Origin: an uncultured Desulfobacteraceae bacterium
Lineage (GTDB): Bacteria > Desulfobacterota > Desulfobacteria > Desulfobacterales > UBA11574
DNA: 36,460 nt
Assembly: GCA_964551515.1 (NCBI GenBank)
Contig: CAZKDT010000001.1
Location: forward strand, 1-36,460
Reading direction: 5' to 3'
The notes under the pieces were generated by a model that worked only from the letters and a program-made list of their open reading frames with translations, did no database searches and was not told where the DNA came from. The position numbers were made by a program, and so were the translations under genes. Shown one piece after another: positions 1-9,176 of the stretch (positions are counted from its first letter, which is position 1; each line of letters begins with the position of its first letter).

Positions 1-151
1 GAAAAAACAGAAAGTTATTGTTTTTTATTGCATTTCTTCGTGGCCTTCGTGATCTTCGTGGTAAGACAGTCATAATGCGATGTTTGCACGCAGTCCTGAA
101 ACACAGATCATCTCCGGACTTTTTGAGAAGTTACGATACTTTCTTGAATAC

Positions 152-277
152 TTAACCGCCAATTATTTCGTTCAGGCCTTCTATGATAAGAGAAATCTCT
201 TCTTCAGATGCCTTTGTAATTTTCTTGTGGATACGTTTTACTGAAAGCGTGCGAATTTGACTGATCTTAACCTTGGG
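152..277 (-). pseudogene. C-terminal fragment (41 codons) of a MazF/PemK-type toxin; the 5' part is missing
   Basis: The minus-strand frame reads PKVKISQIRTLSVKRIHKKITKASEEEISLIIEGLNEIIGG*. The QIRT(L/I)xxxR...lsxEe...i..al pattern is the conserved C-terminus of MazF/PemK. The frame is closed by TAA TAA immediately upstream (278-283), and no N-terminal half is present. Confidence 0.45.
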
Positions 278-426
278 TTATTATGTAGACATACATCGAG
301 TATTTCGAGGATTAACCCGCCAGAATACGGTGGCGGGTTAAAATTTGAGACTGTTGATAAATCCCGCTCATCGGGGACGTACAAATTGGGCGAAAGGGGA
401 TGTTTTGCAAAGGTCTCAGGTGTTGA

Positions 427-843
427 TTAACTGTTTACCAGTTTTTTGATTTGATCCAGCAGCGGCGGCTTTAATGTTCGCCATCTTGGCTGTATAGCCT
501 TGTCTTCATGCCATGTGAATTCAACAGCATCAAATTTTTCCGGAAGCACATGTTTGCCGTCAACACCATATTTATTCTCCGGATAATATTCTATCCAGAG
601 CATGCGGTGTGGATTCAGGTTAAACTCTTTTACAACAAGCGTGACAATATGGCTGATAGCGGCCCTTACCGACATTTTGCTGCCCGGGACATCTGAAACC
701 ACAACGATAATCGGCCTCAAGTGCATCAGACTTTTTTTATCATCTTTTGTAAGATCATAGATCCGGAGCCGGCACTTTCCGCTTCCCAGCATGAGTTTGC
801 CGCCCCATCCGCTCCATGAAAATATATCATTGTATATCAGCAT
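427..843 (-). CDS. hypothetical protein (138 aa), no recognisable motif
   Basis: Intact ORF lying 20 bp downstream of, and co-oriented with, the FmdB-type zinc-ribbon gene. It is not a shadow of another ORF. Confidence 0.6.
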   Translation of the reverse strand: MLIYNDIFSWSGWGGKLMLGSGKCRLRIYDLTKDDKKSLMHLRPIIVVVSDVPGSKMSVRAAISHIVTLVVKEFNLNPHRMLWIEYYPENKYGVDGKHVLPEKFDAVEFTWHEDKAIQPRWRTLKPPLLDQIKKLVNS

Positions 844-863
844 GGTTCTTTTAGAAAAAGCGC

Positions 864-1106
864 TTACCGGGTATGCCCGGGTATGTCATAGGTGGTGCAG
901 CTGCCGCTTGAGCAGGTCCTGCTTTGAGTTTTCACCTTGGTGCCTGCGGAACCATAGCCCATGGTATAGCTGGTGGTGCTTAGAACCCGTTCCAGGTCTT
1001 CACCGCCGCACTTTGGACACGTTAGTTCAATTTCATCATCTTGATTCATAACAAGCATCTCAATGAATTCCTCGCATTTTAAACATTTGAATTCAAATAT
1101 CGGCAT
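864..1106 (-). CDS. FmdB-family zinc-ribbon protein (CxxC...CxxC, Ser/Thr/Gly-rich tail)
   Basis: MPIFEFKCLKCEE...LTCPKCGG followed by an S/T/G-rich C-terminus is the classic FmdB/CxxC_CxxC_SSSS layout. AAAAAGGAG lies about 7 nt upstream of the ATG. Confidence 0.8.
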   Translation of the reverse strand: MPIFEFKCLKCEEFIEMLVMNQDDEIELTCPKCGGEDLERVLSTTSYTMGYGSAGTKVKTQSRTCSSGSCTTYDIPGHTR

Positions 1107-1160
1107 GATTGTACTCCTTTTTATTGAATATCTTTTATCATCTTTTCAAAATTGTCAAGA

Positions 1161-1316
1161 TTGACGTTTTCGCAAAAAGTCATATTTTGATAGCAAAGCA
1201 AAAAGCTCCAAATTCAAGGTTCGCAAATTCCGAGGAATAAGAAGTGCTTATATTACGTCGCAGTGACGAGGAATGCAGCGCAACGCAGAAGTTGGACTTT
1301 TTACGGAGCCATCAAG
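1161..1316. repeat. MITE-like palindromic element, family F1 (arms ttgaYg..tcgYaaaaagtc / gactttttacgRag..atcaa), copy a
   Basis: The inverted arms are 1161-1181 and 1295-1316. The interior (aaattcaaggttcgcaaatt ... gaatgcagcgcaacgcagaagttggac) matches the reverse complement of the copy at 8623-8776. The histidine-kinase stop codon (1312-1314) lies inside the right arm. Confidence 0.8.
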
Positions 1317-3504
1317 ATTTACCATCTATGGGCAACGTTACCTCAAATATCGCACCGGGTCCATCACTGTCTCTGAGTTTTAACGTACCGCCGTGTTTCC
1401 GGACAATTTCGTGACAAATATATAATCCAAGGCCGGTTCCCTTGCCCATTTCTTTGGTTGTGAAAAAAGGCTTGAAAATATCCTGCCGGACAGATTCGGG
1501 AACGCCGGGCCCGGTATCTTTACAGGAAAAAACCACCTGGCGTTTATCAGAGTCAAACCATGTATCAAGGGTTATGACTCCATTGTTATGGATAACAGAC
1601 TGAATGGCATTTTGAATAATATTTAGTGTCACTTGTCCTAAATTGGCAAAATTCCCATGAATATCCGGAAGGTCCGGGTCATAATTTTCCACGATTTCCA
1701 GACCGTGATGTTTGTACTGGTTGTGCATAATCCGTAACGCATCTTTTACCACCGAATTCATGCTCACCGCTTCCGAATAGGTCTGGGTCTGTCGGGAAAG
1801 CCCTAAAAGACTTGCCACAATCGACTTGGCCCGACCAAGCTCCCTATCGGCAAACTTGAGGTCGTCTATCAAGTCCGGTTCAAAAGGATGCTGTTCATCC
1901 CATTTTTCAATATCTTCAAAGGTAGCCTGTACCAGGCTGGTCACCGTTGTCAAGGGATTGTTCAATTCATGGGCAACACCGGCAACCAATTGTCCGATTG
2001 CGGCAAGGCTTTCCGATCGGATTAACATTTCCTGGGTTCGCTCCTTTTCAGACAGAGCGTGTTTAAGATCAATGGTCCTTTCTTCAACCTTTTTTTCAAG
2101 AGTTTCCTTAAGATCATTAAGCGACTTATAAGAACGCGCATTTTCAACAGCAAGTGAACTCTGTCCGGCAAGTGTCTCGAGAAGATCCATATCTTCACGG
2201 GTGAAAAGATCCCCGGAGAGTTTCTCCCCCAGAACAATAAATCCGTTCAAGTTTCCCTCAAAGATCATGGGCAAAACAATTTCTGCGCCCAGTCTCTTCA
2301 TATCTTTGAGCACATCCGGCATCTCGATCTCTGAAATCTTTTTCTTTAGATTTTTTCGTACAACGGGGCTGTGCTGATTTTTCATAAATTTGATCACACT
2401 CGTGTGGTTGTTTATCAAAATGGAGCGCCCCTGGTCAATGGGTTCCCCTCGGGTGGAGAAATCTATAAAACTCGATCCGGATGTATCCCTCAAAAAAAGC
2501 GCACAATGACGAACCTTCATAGTATCAACAACCGTATCCATCAAAAGTTTGCCGATTTCTTCATAATCGAGCACGGATACGATCAACTGGCTGACCCGTT
2601 TGATGGTTTTCTGATAATCATACTTGCCTTTATAAAAGATGCCGTCGATAACGACCTGTATTTTTGATTTTAACGGCCCGAAAACAAAAGCAATCAAAAG
2701 AAAAAAACATATCGGAAAGTAAATGGAATCTGAAAAATTAAAATTCTTAAAGACCTTATCCGCTATAATGATAATCAAAGCATATAAGCAGGTCAGAAAT
2801 GCGGTCAACAACGAATAGACAAGACTCTTTTTGATAAATATTCCCATGTCAAGAAGATCGTGCTTAAAAAGTCCCACCGCAAAAACAATAAGGGGAACAA
2901 AACTCAAATTTCCGAGGGGATATACCGAATATCCGAAAATCGTTAAGACATTAAACCCATTCAATAGACCCATAGTGCCGAATCCGGCAAACAAGTATTT
3001 AAGCCGGTTTTTATGGGAACTGTTGGTTTCTTTGCGGATAGCATTCACCAGTAGTATCAGGACATACAGGGTAGCTAAAAACACGGCCAGTCCTGACAAG
3101 ATATAAAGGCCTCCGGCGGTTGGGAAATAACCGAAATAATGTTTCTGCATGGATTCAAGAAAATAAGAAGTCGGCGTAAGGCACATCAAAAAAAATGCAT
3201 AGGCATATGCACTCCGGATAAACCATTTTCGGCCTGGAATATTGAGATAAATGTGAAAAAAATGAATGTATGCGGGGAATGCATACACAACAAAAAAATG
3301 GGCGGTACGACTGACCCAAAGAGCGGTTTCGGCAGAAGTTGCATTGAATGCAAAAAGTATGTCGATATAAAGAAAGGATCCCAGGATGCAGATCGTAAAA
3401 AAAAGCACGTTGGTCTTGGTTCTGGGGCCATAGAAAATAGCCAGACCGGAAAGCCCGAGAAAGCAGCACAATGTCAATAATGGCGGAATGCTATAAAACG
3501 TCAT
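1312..3504 (-). CDS. membrane sensor histidine kinase (polytopic N-terminal domain, GAF-like domain, coiled coil, HisKA, HATPase_c)
   Basis: 730 aa with about 8 hydrophobic helices in the first 270 aa. It has the H-box VAHELNNPL, the N-box IIQNAIQS, and the G-boxes DTGPGV and GTGLGL. No response-regulator gene is adjacent. Confidence 0.9.
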   Translation of the reverse strand: MTFYSIPPLLTLCCFLGLSGLAIFYGPRTKTNVLFFTICILGSFLYIDILFAFNATSAETALWVSRTAHFFVVYAFPAYIHFFHIYLNIPGRKWFIRSAYAYAFFLMCLTPTSYFLESMQKHYFGYFPTAGGLYILSGLAVFLATLYVLILLVNAIRKETNSSHKNRLKYLFAGFGTMGLLNGFNVLTIFGYSVYPLGNLSFVPLIVFAVGLFKHDLLDMGIFIKKSLVYSLLTAFLTCLYALIIIIADKVFKNFNFSDSIYFPICFFLLIAFVFGPLKSKIQVVIDGIFYKGKYDYQKTIKRVSQLIVSVLDYEEIGKLLMDTVVDTMKVRHCALFLRDTSGSSFIDFSTRGEPIDQGRSILINNHTSVIKFMKNQHSPVVRKNLKKKISEIEMPDVLKDMKRLGAEIVLPMIFEGNLNGFIVLGEKLSGDLFTREDMDLLETLAGQSSLAVENARSYKSLNDLKETLEKKVEERTIDLKHALSEKERTQEMLIRSESLAAIGQLVAGVAHELNNPLTTVTSLVQATFEDIEKWDEQHPFEPDLIDDLKFADRELGRAKSIVASLLGLSRQTQTYSEAVSMNSVVKDALRIMHNQYKHHGLEIVENYDPDLPDIHGNFANLGQVTLNIIQNAIQSVIHNNGVITLDTWFDSDKRQVVFSCKDTGPGVPESVRQDIFKPFFTTKEMGKGTGLGLYICHEIVRKHGGTLKLRDSDGPGAIFEVTLPIDGKS

Positions 3505-3566
3505 ATTATTTCAAGTAAACCTTAAACCCCCTTTTATTTTCAATAGATTGCAGAATTTCCGAAATG

Positions 3567-5270
3567 TTAGACTATTTTGTTCAGCATCTCATGTGCGTGA
3601 TCAATAGTAGCTCGGGTGATCTTTTCCCCTCCAAGCATCCTGGCGATTTCTTTGACGCGTTCCGCTTGGGTTAAACGGGTAATGGTTGTTCTGGTTCTCC
3701 CGTGGGCAACCTGCTTTGAGATATTGAAATGGTGGTGGCCGAACTTTGCGATTTGAGGCAGATGAGTAATACAGATGATCTGATGGTGACGGGCAAGGGA
3801 TGACAGCTTTTTCCCCACCATCTCCGCCACACTTCCTCCGATTCCCGCGTCGACCTCATCAAAAACAATGGTTTCCACTGCTTCGATCTTGGCGAGCATG
3901 GCCTTTAACGCAAGGACAATCCGTGAAAGTTCCCCGCCCGAGACAATACTGGTGAGGGGTTTGAGCGGCTCTCCCACATTCGGAGCAATCAGGAAGGTAA
4001 TGCGATCGATTCCGGCTTCAGTGATGATGTTCTCTTCTGTTGTAAGATAGGGTTCTGTATGTTCATCCACAGGTAGTGTTCGAAAGGAAACCTCTAACTT
4101 TGTTTGGGACATCTTAAGGGTGCCCAGTTCTTTTTCCACTTTTTTGGCAAGTATCTTGGCTGTGCTTTTCCTTTTCTTTGAAAGGGTTATGGCCAATTTC
4201 ACCAGCTTGCCGTGCAAATCGGAAAGCTTTTTTTCAGTATCCGCGATATCCTCGGATAGATTTTCGATTCCTGAAAGCTCACGGTCTATGGATTCGAGCT
4301 TCAAAAATACATCTTCAAGAGAGGGCCCATATTTGCGCTTGAGCTTGGCCAGGGTGTCAAGGCGCGCTTCAATCGGTTCAAGACGGTTTTCGTCCATTTG
4401 TATATTGTTGAGGTAAGTTCTAAGGGCTTCGGCAATATCTTCGATACAAATGGTCGTTTCGGCAATACGCTCTGTTTTCGGGACCAGAGCGGGATCTATG
4501 CGGGAAGCTTTTTCAAGTTCTTTTTTCACCGCCACAAGGCGTTCAACAACCGCACCCTGTGCACTGTAAAGCGCTTCAACACTCTCGTGAACGGCCTGAA
4601 AAAGTTCTTCTGCGTTTTTCAGACGCATTCGTTCCTGTTCGAGGGCCGCGTCTTCTCCCGGAGTTATGGAAGCCTGCCGGATCTCTTTCCGCTGGAATTC
4701 AAGCAGCTGAACGTGTTCGGCGTGACGGGCCTTTTTGGCCTTCAGGTTGTTGAGGTTCCGCATCAATGGAAGTATGTCATGAAAACACCCGGAAACTTCA
4801 TTTCGCAGGGAAATCAAATCTCCAAACTGATCAATGATCTCCAGTTGGTTCTCTTCCTTTAAGAGTCTCTGATGAGCGTGCTGCCCGGATATGCTTGCAA
4901 GATTCTCGGTGATCAAATTCAGCAGTTGAGTGGTGGCAAGATGTTCGTTGATATAAATCCGGTGGCGGTCTTTACGAGAAACAATTCTTCTGATCAAAAG
5001 TCCTTCTTCGGGATTAAGATCGTTTTTTTCCATAATATCGACGACCGCGCTTTGCTTTGCAATTTGAAACAATGCTTCAAGTTCCGCGGTTTGGCTACCG
5101 GTACGAATGAGCCCGGCATTTGCCCGGCTTCCCAACAAAAGATTGACCGCATTGATGATGATAGACTTGCCAGCGCCGGTTTCGCCGCTTAAAATGTTCA
5201 GTCCGTCTGAAAAGGATATCTGAAGATCGTCGATAATCGCAAAGTTCTTAATGGAGAGTTCTTGAAGCAT
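3567..5270 (-). CDS. recN: DNA repair protein RecN
   Basis: 567 aa with the Walker A motif GETGAGKS at the N-terminus, a long central coiled coil, the SGGELSR signature and the Walker B motif VFDEVDAGIGG. Confidence 0.97.
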   Translation of the reverse strand: MLQELSIKNFAIIDDLQISFSDGLNILSGETGAGKSIIINAVNLLLGSRANAGLIRTGSQTAELEALFQIAKQSAVVDIMEKNDLNPEEGLLIRRIVSRKDRHRIYINEHLATTQLLNLITENLASISGQHAHQRLLKEENQLEIIDQFGDLISLRNEVSGCFHDILPLMRNLNNLKAKKARHAEHVQLLEFQRKEIRQASITPGEDAALEQERMRLKNAEELFQAVHESVEALYSAQGAVVERLVAVKKELEKASRIDPALVPKTERIAETTICIEDIAEALRTYLNNIQMDENRLEPIEARLDTLAKLKRKYGPSLEDVFLKLESIDRELSGIENLSEDIADTEKKLSDLHGKLVKLAITLSKKRKSTAKILAKKVEKELGTLKMSQTKLEVSFRTLPVDEHTEPYLTTEENIITEAGIDRITFLIAPNVGEPLKPLTSIVSGGELSRIVLALKAMLAKIEAVETIVFDEVDAGIGGSVAEMVGKKLSSLARHHQIICITHLPQIAKFGHHHFNISKQVAHGRTRTTITRLTQAERVKEIARMLGGEKITRATIDHAHEMLNKIV

Positions 5271-5364
5271 ACAGGCAACTGTAAAAATCCTGGCTCAGAG
5301 AACCAAGTCTGTCCCGTCTTGCGGGGGTTAGAGATAGATGGCTATGCCTTGAATTTTTGTGTCT

Positions 5365-5421
5365 AAAATCATAAATTCCAAGCACCAAATTACAAATAAA
5401 TCTCAAATTTCAATAATTCAA
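5365..5421. repeat. AT-rich intergenic repeat, family F3 (caagcaccaaattacaaataaatc core), copy a
   Basis: Near-identical to 6462-6520: aaaatcaYaaattMcaagcaccaaattacaaataaatcYcaaatYtcaaKaatYaa. Confidence 0.8.
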
Positions 5422-5489
5422 TGAACTTCCAAAAAAGCAAACCCCCTTTGTGGATAATCAAAGCCTGGTCCTTGTGCCCAGAATTTCTA

Positions 5490-6086
5490 TTATCCGAGTT
5501 CTTGAGCGGCGGAGAATCCGAGATCGAAGGCCTTTAAGTTGGAGTCGACAAACGCTTTTCGGGTTCTTTTAATTATTGCTTCTTTGACATTTTCGGCGGA
5601 CAGGGGAACGGTATGGGTTTGAATCAAGGCACCCAGCAAGACCATATTTACGGACAGAACGTTTCCGGCTTTAATTGCAATGGCCGCTGCATCAAAGGCA
5701 ATAAGCTTTGCCGTTTTCTTCCGAATCAACTCTTGGAGCACATCCAGATCCGGATAAACACTTTTCCCCGTTGTCACTGTAAAAGACGGAAGCTTGGCCA
5801 GATTTGTAATAACAACCGTATTTAAATTGCATTTATTTAAGGCCCGCAACGTTTCTGACGGTTCAAACCCTATCAGTACATCCGCCTCGCCGTCCGAAAT
5901 TACGGTGCTTTGGGCACCCCCAAACACAATTGAGGATTCAACAACACCGCCCCGTTGAGCCATGCCGTGTATTTCACTCATACGCACAGGAATATCTGAA
6001 AAGAGTGCGGCTTCTCCAAGAACCCTGGAAGCCAAAAGATTCCCCTGTCCGCCCACCGCCACTATTATTAATCTTGTTGTATTCAT
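5490..6086 (-). CDS. iorB: indolepyruvate:ferredoxin oxidoreductase subunit beta
   Basis: 198 aa. The N-terminus IIVAVGGQGNLLASRVLGEAA plus EIHGMAQRGG is typical of the gamma-type domain of IorB. It lies downstream of iorA on the same strand. Confidence 0.88.
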   Translation of the reverse strand: MNTTRLIIVAVGGQGNLLASRVLGEAALFSDIPVRMSEIHGMAQRGGVVESSIVFGGAQSTVISDGEADVLIGFEPSETLRALNKCNLNTVVITNLAKLPSFTVTTGKSVYPDLDVLQELIRKKTAKLIAFDAAAIAIKAGNVLSVNMVLLGALIQTHTVPLSAENVKEAIIKRTRKAFVDSNLKAFDLGFSAAQELG

Positions 6087-6175
6087 TTAGCAATCCAATC
6101 TTTGAGTTGTCGTGATAGTGTAGTTCCTTAGTGCTCTGATTCGTAAGTTCGATGACATATTTTTTTTATATTGTT

Positions 6176-6404
6176 TCACCGCCCGCTTTGCTTGAGACGC
6201 AAAGGCCGCAGAGTTAAATAATATTTCTTTTGCCGTTGAGGGGACGGCAAAAGAAAACAACTCAACCTTTATAAAAGTAATGTTGTATTAAAATACAAAT
6301 GGTTATTTCTTTATCCCACAGGGATGCATGTTTTTGCTTTCCGGCCTCTCAGCGGAAAGCAAAAAAGAAACAAATTCTCTGGGACCTCTGCGACTCAGCG
6401 GTGA
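6176..6404. repeat. approx 230-bp composite palindrome, family F4 (ctctgcggcctttgcg-type arms with internal hairpins)
   Basis: The arms 6176-6213 and 6377-6404 are reverse-complementary with indels. Each half carries its own hairpin (ttttgccgt..acggcaaaa at about 6227-6253; tttgctttccg..cggaaagcaaa at about 6333-6363). Similar cttcgtggccttcgtg-type motifs occur at 36-62 and 10048-10074. Confidence 0.7.
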
Positions 6405-6461
6405 TTTTAAGTTATCCAATTATAATACGATAACGTATTTGTAACTGTTCACGGATTTTTT

Positions 6462-6520
6462 AAAATCACAAATTACAAGCACCAAATTACAAATAAATCC
6501 CAAATCTCAAGAATCAAATT
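6462..6520. repeat. AT-rich intergenic repeat, family F3, copy b
   Basis: Matches 5365-5421. A degenerate inverted copy lies at about 6640-6700 (tttgaatttcggttattgtg...ttatttggaatttcc). Confidence 0.8.
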
Positions 6521-6738
6521 CAAAACATCATGCCAAAGTCAGGCATGAATCAAAAATTCCAATGATCTTAACTATTCCGATCTTTCCAGTATTGATAAAA
6601 ATATATTTTTCAATTCGTCTGTCTTGCTTCAATGTGCTACGGTTTCGAATTTTGAATTTCGGTTATTGTGTTTTTTTTGTTATTTGGAATTTCCATTAAT
6701 TCAAAGACGCTGTGAACGGATATACAATTTCTAAACCC

Positions 6739-8607
6739 CTAACCCGTGAACGCTTGTGTATCTTTAATGGGCAAAATTGCGTGTTCCGGACAGATCTGGG
6801 CGCAGACCGAACATCCCGAACACATGACAGGGTCAATGTTAACCCGGTTATCCTCTATGAAAAAGGCCGGGCATGCGAGCTCATTAATACAATCTTTGTG
6901 GCCTTTACATTTGTCACTAACAAAAAAAGGCTTTCCATGGGCTTTTTTCAGACCTTTCGCATACAGCGTACACATTTCCCTGGATATCACCACGGAAACT
7001 CCTTTAAAGTTCAGGGCCTCTTTGACGGCGTCGATACTCTTTTTTACCCGGTACGGTCGGATAACCGCAACGTGGGATACCCCCACAGCCCGGACGATCT
7101 CCTCGATAGACACCCTCCCGTAACCGTCAATGTTCAGTTTTTTCATATCAACACCGGGATTCGGCTGATGCCCGGTCATGGCGGTGGTGCCATTATCAAG
7201 AATGACCAGGGTAAAATTATGGTTATTATAGACGGCATTAATTAAACCGGGTATTCCGGAATGAAAAAAAGTGGAATCTCCGATAAAGGAAATGACTTTT
7301 TTGCCGCTCTTTATTGAAAAACCGCAGGATACTCCCAAAGACGCTCCCATGCATATCAGAAAATCTCCCATGGCAAGGGGCGGCAGGAATCCCAGGGTAT
7401 AGCAGCCGATATCCGTGGGACAAATGGTATCCATACCCTCCGAGGCCTTTTTTACCGCATAAAAGGTAGCCCGGTGAGAGCATCCGGCACAAAGGTTGGG
7501 CGGACGATCCGGAATCTCAGGAACATCGGAAAGAGCCGGAACCTTGGCTGGTGCATACGCCACATCAAAACAAGTTGCCATGGATTGTCTTACCAGGGCG
7601 GGATCGAATTCATACAGTCGTGAGAAATATTTTTTATTTTTCCCCAGAATCGGAAGACTTAATTTTTCCTCCTGTGCCAGCATCTTGACCGTTTCTTCCA
7701 TAAACGGCTCCCCTTCCTCTACAACCAGCACTTTTTCACAGTCTTTTAAAAACCCTTTGATCATGGCTCGGGGCATGGGATACGAAAATCCCATACGAAA
7801 TATCTTAACCCGATGTTCTATGTTCAGATCTTTGGCTGCATCCGACACATAATTATAACTGACCCCATTACATATAATTCCCCAGACGCCGTTGCCCTTG
7901 ACGAAATTGTACTCTGAATTTTCGGACATGGTTTCAGCGGTCTCAAGTTTGCTTAAAAGTCCTGCATGAAGACTTCTGGCAACCGCAGGAACGGGCACCT
8001 GATGAAACGGATCCTTGGAAATATCACCGCTGGTTTGGGACGACTTGATTGTGCCAAACACCACGGGAGCCGTGGAATGATTTACCCGGGTTGTGGTTCT
8101 GAAAATAACCGGTTGCTGGAGTTTTTCTGAAATATCAAAAGCATAAGCAACCATGTCTTTGGCCTCCTGCACCGAAGACGGTTCCACAACAGGCAGACCT
8201 GAAAACTTACCGTAATACCGGTTGTCCTGTTCGTTCTGACTAGAAAACATGTACGGATCATCGGCAGTAACGATAACAAGCCCGCCCTTAACGCCAATGT
8301 ACGCAAGGGTCATAAAAACGTCCGCAGCCACATTCATTCCCACATGCTTCATGATGCACATGCTGCGGACGCCACAATTTGCCGTAGCGGCCGCCACTTC
8401 AAGGGCCACTTTTTCATTGGTACTGAATTCAAAATAGAGGTTGGTTTCCCGGGATATCTGGAAAAAATTGGTTGATATTTCTGAAGAGGGAGTTCCGGGA
8501 TATGTTGTTGCAACAGCGACTCCGGCCTCAATCGCCCCCCGGGCAATGGCTTCGTTGCCCAAAAGCAGCATTTTCAGACCGGGATCTTCCGTGAGTAATT
8601 TGTGCAT
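6739..8607 (-). CDS. iorA: indolepyruvate:ferredoxin oxidoreductase subunit alpha (TPP-binding, 2x[4Fe-4S])
   Basis: It carries the TPP motif GDSTFFHSG...NN...DNG and the C-terminal motifs CPAF...CSGCSVCAQICP. The start is moved from 8673 to the ATG at 8607, which is preceded by AAGGAAGG with a 5-nt spacer. The extra 22 codons of the track ORF read through a repeat arm (TFYETVKF). Confidence 0.93.
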   Translation of the reverse strand: MHKLLTEDPGLKMLLLGNEAIARGAIEAGVAVATTYPGTPSSEISTNFFQISRETNLYFEFSTNEKVALEVAAATANCGVRSMCIMKHVGMNVAADVFMTLAYIGVKGGLVIVTADDPYMFSSQNEQDNRYYGKFSGLPVVEPSSVQEAKDMVAYAFDISEKLQQPVIFRTTTRVNHSTAPVVFGTIKSSQTSGDISKDPFHQVPVPAVARSLHAGLLSKLETAETMSENSEYNFVKGNGVWGIICNGVSYNYVSDAAKDLNIEHRVKIFRMGFSYPMPRAMIKGFLKDCEKVLVVEEGEPFMEETVKMLAQEEKLSLPILGKNKKYFSRLYEFDPALVRQSMATCFDVAYAPAKVPALSDVPEIPDRPPNLCAGCSHRATFYAVKKASEGMDTICPTDIGCYTLGFLPPLAMGDFLICMGASLGVSCGFSIKSGKKVISFIGDSTFFHSGIPGLINAVYNNHNFTLVILDNGTTAMTGHQPNPGVDMKKLNIDGYGRVSIEEIVRAVGVSHVAVIRPYRVKKSIDAVKEALNFKGVSVVISREMCTLYAKGLKKAHGKPFFVSDKCKGHKDCINELACPAFFIEDNRVNIDPVMCSGCSVCAQICPEHAILPIKDTQAFTG

Positions 8608-8622
8608 AGTACCTTCCTTAAA

Positions 8623-8776
8623 TTTGACGGTCTCGTAAAAAGTCCAACTTCTGTGTTGTGCTGCATTTCGCAATCATTCAACGTACGAAAAGTACGCTCC
8701 CTACGGGACCGGCGGATAGCCGATGATTACAAAATTTGCACGCCTTGAATTTGAACTTTTTACGAAACCGTCTAAA
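8623..8776. repeat. MITE-like palindromic element, family F1, copy b (inverted relative to copy a)
   Basis: The arms are tttgacggtctcgtaaaaagtc (8623-8644) and gaactttttacgaaaccgtctaaa (8753-8776). The interior is collinear with the reverse complement of 1161-1316. Confidence 0.8.
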
Positions 8777-8779
8777 TCA

Positions 8780-8802
8780 GACTTTTTACGAGTTCATCAA
8801 TC
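8780..8802. repeat. solo arm of family F1
   Basis: gactttttacgagttcatcaatc lies directly after copy b. Confidence 0.6.
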
Positions 8803-9176
8803 TTGATATTACAGTTTTTATTTTTACGAACCTGCTTCAAAACGTTTTAGTTTGGTCAAGATCAAGGCAGGCGAAAATTTTAACCACAGGAATACATTAA
8901 GTATTTTGATGATTAAAATTTGAGCCCAACACAGAGATTGGTCAAAATGGGACGTTTTGAAATTGACTCTTCCGTATGATATTATAAAGGATTCATATAT
9001 CAGCACCCCTTGACGTGTAAAGAATTTTCTTCAGTCCAACAAGCAATTGAAAAAACTTTACAAAGATCTAACTATGATTTATAATATTAATTTTTTTAAC
9101 ACTTATATTCCGATCACAAAATTCAAAATTTAATTTTTCGGTCTTTAAATCATTTTTGCCATGAAATGAGGTTTGA

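Noticed and set aside
314-339. 9-bp GC hairpin (aacccgcca/tggcgggtt) as terminator of the 427-843 gene
   Set aside because: The stem is good, but no U-tract follows on either strand, so I did not call it an intrinsic terminator.
5271-5340. SOS (LexA) box upstream of recN
   Set aside because: Only a 4+4 palindrome (acaggcaactgt) is present, and nothing resembles a known LexA operator of adequate length.
8608-8673. 22-codon N-terminal extension of iorA in the track ORF
   Set aside because: The extension reads through the arm of an F1 repeat (TFYETVKF). The internal ATG at 8607 has a strong AAGGAAGG SD, and the protein from there starts like other IorA proteins.
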